Made by a program: the position numbers and the translations under genes
Notes under the pieces: model-generated
What the model was told of the DNA's origin: nothing
Database searches by the model: none
Seen by the model: only the letters and a program-made list of their open reading frames with translations
Part shown: positions 39,731 through 49,331 of the stretch, in pieces
How positions within the stretch are numbered: the stretch's first letter is position 1
Layout of the letters: every line of letters begins with the position of its first letter
NCBI GenBank assembly: GCA_018398765.1
Contig: JAHBMJ010000126.1
Coordinates: forward strand, 1 to 55,675
From: Chromera velia
Taxonomy: Eukaryota
Length of the DNA stretch: 55,675 nucleotides
Direction of reading: 5' to 3'

Positions 39731-41455
39731 AAGACAAATCTATCCCGAACGGTCTCCAACAGTAAAATGGTCTCCAAAACAACCATACCTCTCAAGCTTT
39801 TTTAGGCAGTAAACAATATTTAAAAGCTTAAAACAAAGAGTTTTAAGTGATCAAACAGTACGATTTCCTGTTTTTAAATTAATTGGGTTTAGTGAAAGAA
39901 AAAAATATATTGTATTTGACCGCGCGGCGTGCGTGTTTCGTGCGTCAACGCATGCGCCTGTCATGCATGCAATTAAGGCGGCGGCAGGGAGCACCGGAAT
40001 TAAGGCGGCTTTGCTGAGGAGCTGGGGTTGCTTTCGCCATTCTTCTGGTGAGTCTGCAGTTCCGTGAGTCCATGTGAAAACGGGACTAGACCGACTCCAA
40101 CACTAATTCCGACTCCAAAATTTTTTTAAATATACAAACAGTTTAAACTAGTTTAAACATATTCAAAATCGTTTAAGTGTATCTTTAGCGATTCTTTTAT
40201 TATTTTTAAAGGTTTTAAATTAGAGCCCGGAGTGTATGAGAGTGAAGGTTGGAAGTGTTGTAGTACAGTGGCAGGCCGGGCCGGCGGGTCTGCGTGTATG
40301 CCGCGCGTGGCATGCAGTGCCGCGCCGTACGTACGTGCGTCTGTGCCGCGGCCTGCCCCAACCGGCCCGCGTGGGCTGCCACGCTTGACTGACGCACGCA
40401 TCCCAATCCGAATATTCGGCTGTACGGTAGAAATTTGATTATATGCTTTTGCAGGCCGAGGCATCTGTCAGAAAGTAAGGAAGAAATTAAAAGATCCCGC
40501 TTCATTCCTTTCAGTTATAGCTCTACGTTGCTATGCAGATTTTCTGTAGAGTGTACTTGTTGTGGGCCTGTCGCTGGGGATCGTGCGCCGGTGCTGTAGT
40601 GTGGCTGCACTTTTGAGGTGGGCTGAGCTTTGCCATCTCCTTTTAAACAACACTTTGTATGGGCAAGGGGTTTTAATTGTTATATCAGAAAGACCTGGGT
40701 TGATGCATCTGTTTATCCTTTTTCCTTCCTCTTCATACGGTATGGATGCAGGAGTTTGGAGCTTTCGCTTGCCTCTGGTATGTACAAGGTGTCCGTTCCC
40801 CTTGTATGTGTGTGTGTGTGTGTGTGTATGTGTGTATGTGTGTGTCTGCGCGCACTGGCAGATCCACACGCACACAGATCTTTACTGACAGGTTACGTAC
40901 ACTGAAAGCCAATATAAAAATGTTGATCATTGTTTCGGCGGCATTAAAAAATTATTATATGAGTCGAATAACTTCGTTATCTGGTTGTTGCAGTGTTACA
41001 CTGAAACAGTGCCTTCAGCTCACGGCCAATATTATGAGCGTTCTGCTCATGATTTGTATTCAGACAGTCTAGTACACAATATATATATATATATATATAT
41101 ATCAACATATTAATAACATCAATTGTGATACTTGTAAAAGCTCTACACTATGTTTTATATGTTTTTAATCTTTCTGTTAAAACCTTAAGATTCATTGTAA
41201 AGAAAATATTTTAAAGAGTTAAAAACTTAAAATCATACATTCAAATTTAAATATATATATAGTTATCATAAATCAAATTTTTATATAATTCTCTTACTAA
41301 CTAGGATTTAAAAAACACTTAATTGCACTCTCAAACCATTTAAAACTCTTTGTTTTAAGTTTTTAATCATTGTTTAGTACCTAGAAATGTTTGATAGATA
41401 TGGTAATTTTGGAGACCGTTTTGATGTTGGAGACCGTTTGGAATAGATTTGTCTT
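39731..41455. mobile_element. ~1.7-kb non-autonomous element with long (~120 bp) diverged terminal inverted repeats
   Basis: 39731-39850 (aagacaaatctatcccgaacggtctccaaca...ttaaaacaaagagttttaa) is a diverged reverse complement of 41335-41455. No transposase ORF and no clean TSD seen. Confidence 0.7.
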
Positions 41456-41486
41456 CGGAACGGACCTTCTCAATTCTATGGAGATC

Positions 41487-41520
<34 letters not shown>

Positions 41521-41993
41521 TGGCTACAAATTTATTATAATTTTCGCAATTTAATTAACAAGTGAGTGCGCGCGCTTTGCGCGCGGAAGTGACTAAGGTC
41601 TTGTGAGTGTGTTATGACGGGCTAAAGGAAAACGTTAAAAAATCGATATAAACATTATTTTACGCACAGATTACGGTCTGATTACTAAATCCTTTCCTGA
41701 GCTATTTAGTAATGGCATCTAGATCTATCAACCACTCATTCAATTAATCATTGATTTTTAGTGTTGCATCAACCTATATCAACCAGTCGATTAATGTATA
41801 TTTAATGTAGATGTACTAAGATTTAAAACAACCAGTATATATCAAAGTCTCCAAAATCAAACACAAGTAAAATCTATGTCATGAGATATTCTAAAAATCG
41901 TTAGACTTATGGCTAAACACATTGTGTAACCTTCCTTTCATGATACTTTTTGATAAATGTTTTGTGTACCAATTGTTAAATTTATTAATTGTC

Positions 41994-42313
41994 CGTCAGA
42001 TTTCCTCCTAGACTAAGAACGTAGTCTAGTTGGAGATTTATCGTACCTTACCTCCTTAAGTCTGTCAGTCAGAGTTCACTTCCAAGGACTCCATTCAAGC
42101 GATACAGATGAACGAAGACTGTACGGCATGCTTCTATTTATTTCTGTATTGCAAGTCTATTATTTCTTTCTTTGTATTGTCAGTCTGTCACTTAATTCTC
42201 TGAATGCACTTAGTTAATACCGGCCGGGCTTAGTATTGCGAAGTTAGTTTCCCAGTCCCAGTTCTAGCAAATTTGGCGGGTGATCAAGTCGCCGTACAAG
42301 CCATAACGTAACG
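41994..42313 (-). repeat. 3' LTR (320 bp)
   Basis: Matches 48567-48886 with 15 substitutions. AATAAA on the minus strand near 42137-42142. Confidence 0.95.
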
Positions 42314-42330
42314 TGCCCTCTCCCCCCTCC
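42314..42330 (-). other. Polypurine tract
   Basis: Minus strand GGAGGGGGGAGAGGGCA abuts the 3' LTR. Confidence 0.9.
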
Positions 42331-42348
42331 ATGGCCTGTGCGCCTCAC

Positions 42349-45300
42349 TCAGGCCGAAGCATAGAAATTGGCAATCGCTTGTTTTACATTCTTCAATGAC
42401 GACAGGGGCTCCCATGATGCGTTTTCTAATGGGTGTCCCCTCCAGAGAACCTTGTACTGCTTGGCCTTGCCCCTCCCTCAGACTGCAAGGATTTTCTCGA
42501 CTTCATACTCCTCCTCGGCCCAAGCGGGCATGCGGACAGACGGGGGGCGAGTCTCCCCACTCGGCTGACGGTAAGGCTTGCACAACGATATGTGAATGAT
42601 AGGGTGCTTCCTGCTCCCAGCAGGCAAAACAACCTCCAGATTGTCTTAAGGCAGAACGGTCTCAACTTTGAACGGACCGAACCAAACTGAATCAAGCTTC
42701 CTGGCATATTCCTCCCCCTTTCCCATAGGACGTGGCCACCACGTGCAGTACACCAGGACGTAATCTCCTACTCGGATATTTTCGGCAGGACGCCGACGGC
42801 GATTGGCGTTTTGGGTCATGAGTTGTTGGGCTGAGCGGAGTGAATCTCTCGCTGTAGCGATCATCTGGCTGTGCTCCTCTAAAAATTCCCTTGCGTCGAA
42901 AGAAGGTTCGACTGAGGCTGGAAGATTGAGAGCAGGAGGGATGAGCGGGGACTTCCCACCATCAAGAGCGAGGGGCGCAAAACCAGTCCCCTCATGGACA
43001 GAGGAGTTGTATGCAAACTCCACATCACACAGAAATTCAGACCACCGGGAGTGCTTCATCTCTACCAGATACCGCAAAGCCTCCTCGAGGGTGCGATTCA
43101 TCCTCTCTGCGACACCCGCTGTATCGTGGTGCGATGCAGTCACGAAATTGACTTCTGAACCGCTAGAGGCGTGGAGGGTCTGCTAAAAGCGGGCGACAAA
43201 ACGGGGGTCACGGTCACAGACGATATGACGCTGGAAGCCCTTCTTGCACAAAACGTGCTGGCGGTAGATCCGCGCGGTCTCCTCTGCTCCTACTGTGCTG
43301 TGAGTGGGAATCAAGACGACTGCTTTAATGAGCCGGTAAAGCATCACAAGAATCGCATCAAACCCCTCATCACCGGAAGGCGGCAAGTCAGTAAGGCGGT
43401 CAATGCAAGTCGACTCCCAAGGGCATGAAGGGATAGGGAGGGGCTGCAGAAGCCCGGGGCGGGCCGCAGTGGGACCCTTGCTTCTCTGACACCGATCGCA
43501 TGCACGAACAAAAGAAGCGACTGACCTCCACATCTTGGGCCAGTAGTACAATGACGCCACCTTCTGATAGGTCTTCCCCGTTCCAAAGTGAGCAGCGTGC
43601 GGAGGGGAGTGCACCCCAGCCATCACAGTCCCTTGCTAAGATCTAGGGACACAGAGACGATTCCCCTCAAAATACAGGAGACCGGCATGAAGCGACATAC
43701 CTCGCAAACGAAGGGCAAAATCAGGGGTGGGGGCGGGTGGGTGCTGCTGTGACAGATGCTGAAGGACAGGGTGGAAGAAGGGATCGGCTGAGTATCCCCT
43801 CCTGCAAGCATCAAGGAATGCCTGTGACTGTGTGGCAGAGACCGTCAAACTCTGCAACTCCATCTCTACCCGAGACTGCTGCCCATCTCCCTCCCTAACT
43901 GGAGTCTGGCTCTCCTCAATCTCAGGAACCAAATCGGGCAGATCAGCGTACTCTGCCTCCAAAGACCCAACGGGCTGGACAGATACCGGGACAGCCTCCG
44001 GCAGGGGCCTGGGACGTACAGACAGACGCTGAGCGCGACCCATGTGAGAAACCTCGGCGGAAGACGGCATGAGCTGCTATGCGGCAGGAGGGTTTCGGGA
44101 AAGGGCATCTGCCACAATGTTTGCTCTCCCTGGGATGTACTTTGGAATGATGCCAAGCTCTTGCATGAACTCATTCCAGCGTCGGACTCGCAGGGAGCAA
44201 AATTCGAACGATCGGTAGCTGAAATTTGTAAAGTTCTGGTGATCGGTCCATATTTCGGAGTCTGAAGACAGGAAGTGTCTCCACACCTTTGCGAAATGCA
44301 CAATCGCTAGAAATTCCAACTCTCGGACGGGGTACTTGGCTTCCGTAGATGTCAGACGGCGGGAGCCGAAAGCGAGGGGGCGGTATCTCCCGGTTACACA
44401 GTCCTTCTGGAGGGCGACAGCCCCAATGGCTCCTGCAGACTGCGATGCATCGGGCACCAGAATGACTGGCTTGCTGGGATCGGGGAGGGCAAGGGTGGCA
44501 TGCTCCTGTACTGCCTTCTTCAGCTCAGCAAACGCACGCGACTATGCAGTCTTCCATTCGAAGGGGACGTTCCCTTGGAGGAGGAATGTGAGAGGCCCCG
44601 CAAGAAACGAGAACCTTGGGATAAACCAGCGAAACCAATTGGCTAGTCCCAGAAACTGATGCAGAGAAGTGCGGTCTGTGGGTTGTGCGAACTCAGTGAG
44701 CCCTTGCATTTTCTCATGGCTTGGTCTGACCCCCTTCTCATCAACCACCAACCCCAAAAATTTCGCCTCTGTCCGAAGCCATGCGCATTTAGAGACCTTG
44801 ACGTAGAGCTGGTGTTCCCTCAAAAGGGAAAGGACTTGGTTGATGTGCTCGATATACTCCTCCGGAGTGCGGCTGAAAACAAGAACATCATCAATAAACA
44901 CAACAACACACTTGTCAAGGAGTAGTCTGAGCACATCCGTGATGAGACGCATACTGATGGAAGGTGCATTACACAAACCAAACGGCATCACCAGCCATTC
45001 AAAACTGCCGTACCTTGTGACGAATGCCGTCTTCTCCTCGTCTCCCTCCCTGATCCTTGTCTGATGGAAGTATTGCCGTAAGTCCAGAGACGAGAAAAAT
45101 TTCGCGCCGTGGAGGCGACTTAGCAGCTCCTCTGGGTGAGGAATGGGGAATTTGTCGTGGACTGTGATCTTGTTAAGTCCCGTGAAGTCGATACACATCC
45201 GTTGCGTCCTGTCTGCCTTCTGCACAAACAGGACTGGCGCAGCGTATGGACTTGTCGAAGGGCGGATATGCCCTTTCTCGAGGTATGAGTCTAACTGTTG

Positions 45301-47314
45301 TTTCAGTTTGTCAAGTTGATCGTATGATAGTCGGTAGGGTGCTCTCGCAGGAGGAGAGTGCCCTGCCTCGAGCTTGATCTCACACTCGATCTTTCGGTGG
45401 GGCGGAAGATCCGGGAGCTCGTCTGGAAATCAATTAAAATGTTTCTTGAGAACCGGTCGGACGCTGGGTGGGACTTTTTTGCTCTGGAGGTGCTTTCGGA
45501 ATCCCGTGTAGGTCGAAGAATTGATGGGATGGTCAGGAGGGAAAGATGAATGGGGTGGTGGGTCTCCGGGCTTACCAGCAGACTGCAGGGAATGCACCCC
45601 TAATATATCACTCACCCCCCCCTTCCGCACTGCTTTAAGGCAGAATAGATGCACACGGAAACTGGGTCTCTTCATCAGCCGACGGAGCTCTCTCTGGCTA
45701 AAAAAGTCCTCCCCCTCCCCCTCCGCCGGGTACTCCTCGCTGTCAAGCAGGAGCAAGTCTCTCCCGGTCGGCGACTCACACGCAGGGATCGTGAGGGCCA
45801 TCTTACGGTAATGGGGGATAGGAATGCAACACTAAAAATCAATGATTAATTGAATGAGTGGTTGATAGATCTAGATGCCATTACTAAATAGCTCAGGAAA
45901 GGATTTAGTAATCAGACCGTAATCTGTGCATAAAATAATGTTTATATCGATTTTTTAACGTTTTCCTTTAGCCCGTCATAACACACTCACAAGATCTTAG
46001 TCACTTCCGCGCGCAAAGCGCGCGCACTCACTTGTTAATTAAATTGCGAAAATTATAATAAATTTGTGGCCATGCATATATATATATATATATATATATA
46101 TTATGATCTCCATAGAATTGAGAAAGTCCGTTCCCGGTACCTTGTGACGAATGCCGTCTTCTCTTCGTCTCCCTCCCTGATCCTTGTCTGATGGAAGTAT
46201 TGCCGTAAGTCCAGAGACAAAAAAAATTTCGCGCCGTGGAGGCGACTCAGCAGCTCCTCTGGGTGAGGAATGGGGAATTTGTCGCGGACTGTGATCTTGT
46301 TAAGTCCCATGAAGTCGATGCACATCCGTTATGTCCCGTCTGCCTTCTGCACAAACAGGACTGGCGCAGCGTATGGACTTATCGAAGGGCGGATATACCC
46401 TTTCTCGAGGTATGAGTCTAACTGTTGTTTCAGTTTGTCAAGTTGACCGTATGACAGTCGATAGGGTGCTCTCGCAGGAGGAGAGTGCCCTGCCTCGAGC
46501 TTGATCTCACACTCGATCTTTCGGTGGGGCGGAAGATCCGGGAGCTCGTCTGGGAATCAATCAAAATGTTTTTTGAGAACCGGTCGGACGCTGGGTGGGA
46601 CTTTTTTGCTCTGGAGGTGCTTTCGGAATCCCGTGTAGGTCGAAGAATTGATGGGATGGTCAGGAGGGAAAGATGAATGGGGCGGTGGGTCTCCGGGCTT
46701 ACCAGCAGACTGCAGGGAATGCACCCCCAATGTATCACTCACCCCCCCCTTCTGCACTGCTTTGAGGCAGAATAGATGCACACGGAAACTGGGTCTCTTC
46801 ATCAGCCGACGGAGCTCTCTCTGGCTAAAGAAGTCCTCCCCCTCCCCCTCCGCCGGGTACTCCTCGCTGTCAAGCAGGAGCAAGTCTCTCCCGGTCGGCG
46901 ACTCACACGCAGGGATCGTGAGGGCCATCTCACGGTAATGGGGGATAGGAATATACTCCTCACAGAAGGGCATCCCCAACATAACATCGTAATCATCGTC
47001 CAGATCGACTACTGTGAGATCCAGAGGCGCGCTGAAGCCCTGGATGCAGAGGGGAAGGCCTTTAACCTCTGGGAAATCGGAAGTTGCGGTCCCCCGTTTA
47101 ACCCACCCTTGCATGCGGTCGGTTCATCGAGATCCCAGAGAGTGAAGCGGTTTGACTCGGCTACGGAATGGGCAAGGAAGTTGGAATCTGCCCCAGGATC
47201 ATACAGATAGCGAACAGGGACCCTTGCTAACCGACCGTGGAAGCGGATGAGCTTCCCCAGTGCGTGGGAGGTCTTCGTGGAGTAGTATCTGCAAAACGGG
47301 TAGCCGTTCTGCAT
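42349..47314 (-). pseudogene. pol: pol (protease, RT, RNase H, integrase, chromodomain) with stops, frameshifts and an internal duplication
   Basis: PR LYDPGADSNF; RT LDLRQYFHQ..MPFGLCNAP..FIDDVLVFS; RH DAS..ELEFLAIV..TDH..ADALSR; IN H..H..CDRC, DRDPRF, ERMNRTL, GPF; chromodomain EEEYEVEKILAV*GRGKAKQYKVLWRGHPLENASWEP. Confidence 0.95.
45824..46134 (-). repeat. Inverted copy of flanking DNA 41457-41769 inserted inside pol, between two copies of an 816-bp pol segment (45010-45825, 46137-46952)
   Basis: Reverse-complement identity apart from 4 transitions and (TA)n length. Confidence 0.95.
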
Positions 47315-47386
47315 GCTTGCATTCTGATTCTGCCGTTGCGACCCCTACAACCCCGGCGAGAAGTCAGTGACTGGGCGTGCGGCAAG

Positions 47387-48400
47387 CTACCACATCTGCT
47401 GGTACTGCATGGGCGAAGGTGCAAGACTTGAGGGCACCACTGGACCCTGAGGTTGCATAAGAGGGCTGCCGACCCCCATGTGCCTGAAATTCCGATTGTC
47501 AGGACGGGGAAGGGCATTCCGATGCTGCTGTTGTTGCTGCTGAAATGACTGGTATGGGAAGTTTTGGTGCTGCTGGGGGAGGAGACGGTTGTTAGACTTT
47601 GGGCACCTGTTCGCCCGGTGGCCCTGTTGGTGGCAGTTGAAACATCTGTCTTTTCTGATGTGCCTCTGCACCTGCTCGTGTGACAGCGCATATATTAAGC
47701 GCGACAATCTATCTATTTCTATCGGTGCAGGCCCATCCGTGTTGCGCTGTTGCACCGCATGCCCGCCCCCATCGGCGTGCTTGCCTCGGATCAATTGGTC
47801 TTCCTCGTCTGCCACTCTCATGACGGCCTCAAGTCCCGTGATTCCCCGACGCTTCACAGCGAGACGAATGTCAGTTGGCAATCCTCTGAGGTAGTCGTGC
47901 AGTAGGTCGGCTTCTGTGACATCCTCAATCTGCATGGCCTTCTCTATGAAGTCATCGGTGTACTTCTGTACTGTCTTGTTCCCACATTTCATTGCTTGGA
48001 CTTCCTCTTGCAAACGTGTCTGAGCATTTGGGTCTTTGAACTTCTTCCCAATCCTCTCTTTGAAATTCTCCCACCCCTGGAACGGCGTTTGGAGGTTTTC
48101 GAGCTCGTACCACCTCTGCAGGGGACAGGATAGGTACTGACATGCTGCTTCGCATTTCTCGGCTTCCGACGCTCGCGATAAGCGAAGCCATCTCTCGGTC
48201 GTACGGAGCCAATCTGGGAGTTGTTTGCGGCTGCCTGCGTACGTGAACGGCTCTTTGGGTTTCAAATTTGACTTCACGGCCGCTGGGGGGCTGTTCCCCG
48301 CGGTGCTTTGTTGTACTGTCACAACTGTCTACTAGTGGTTGATCAACTCTTGGTGCAGCTGTTGATTTTGTTGCCAATGGGTTAACTGCCCGTTTTGGAC
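47387..48400 (-). pseudogene. gag: gag (capsid plus CCHC nucleocapsid), in frame with the protease but interrupted by TAG codons
   Basis: KPKEPFTYAG..WLR, F..RIGKKF, LHDYLRGL, PAPIEID, CFNCHQQGHRANRC. Confidence 0.92.
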
Positions 48401-48550
48401 CTACAGTGCCTGGATCTCAGCTTGCTGCTGCTGTTGAGTTTGAATAAGCTGCTAGATGAGCTCAGGAGTAATAGTAGACGGGTCCATCCTGCCCGTACTT
48501 CAAACAACGGTTGAGAGGCAGAGCGGGGCCTCCCTGAGGCGGAGGACCGG

Positions 48551-48566
48551 GGCTCTGCTGCTACCA
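48551..48566 (-). other. Primer-binding site, probably for initiator tRNA-Met
   Basis: Minus strand TGGTAGCAG(CAGAGCC) immediately follows the 5' LTR and is complementary to the usual ...CUGCUACCA 3' end of eukaryotic tRNAi-Met. Confidence 0.8.
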
Positions 48567-48886
48567 CGTCAGATTTCCTCCTAGATTAAGAACGTAATCT
48601 AGTTGGAGACTTATCGTACCTTACCTCCTTAAGTCTGTCAGTCAGAGTTCACTTCCAAGGACTCCATTCAAGCGATACAGATGGATGAAGACTGTACGGC
48701 ATGCTTTTATTTATTTCTGTATTGCAAGTCTATTATTTCTTTCTCTGTATTGTCAGTCTGTCACTTAATTCTCTGAGTGTACTTAGTTAATGCCGGCCGG
48801 GCTTAGTATTGCGAAGTTAGTTTCCCAGTCCCAGTTCTAGCAAGTTTGGCAGGTGATCAAGTCGCCATACAAGCCACAATGTAACG
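48567..48886 (-). repeat. 5' LTR (320 bp)
   Basis: Direct repeat of 41994-42313. Confidence 0.95.
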
Positions 48887-49291
48887 TAGTCGGTTAAAAC
48901 AGTTTTACAACTAGTTTTGCAATCAGGTATAAATTTTGCTAAATCTTCTCAAACCTGGCGGTCACAAACCGTTTGATTGTAAAAGAGTTTTATAATTTTA
49001 TTTAATAAATGCCGATCGAGGTTGGCGATCAACTTACAGATAAAGTATGATCATGACAAGGAAACTTACCATGCAATACCATTTAGGCACCATCATAAAA
49101 AATATATATAAAAGAGCGATGTTCAATAAATGCCGGTCAATCATGACGATCGAGTACGATTTAGTCAAGGAAACTCATTATGAAATAACTTTCAGGCGCT
49201 GTTATGAAAAAATATATAAAATAAGAGATACGTCCGGAGAGAGAAACGAAAGGGGGGAAGAGAAGGAAGCAAACAGTGACAGAAAGAAAAA

Positions 49292-49331
<40 letters not shown>

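Larger units (their letters stand above)
41994..48886 (-). mobile_element. Full-length degenerate Ty3/Gypsy LTR retrotransposon (chromovirus)
   Basis: Two 320-bp LTRs, PBS, PPT and gag-PR-RT-RH-IN-chromodomain order. Imperfect 5-bp flanks ttgtc and tagtc. Confidence 0.97.
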
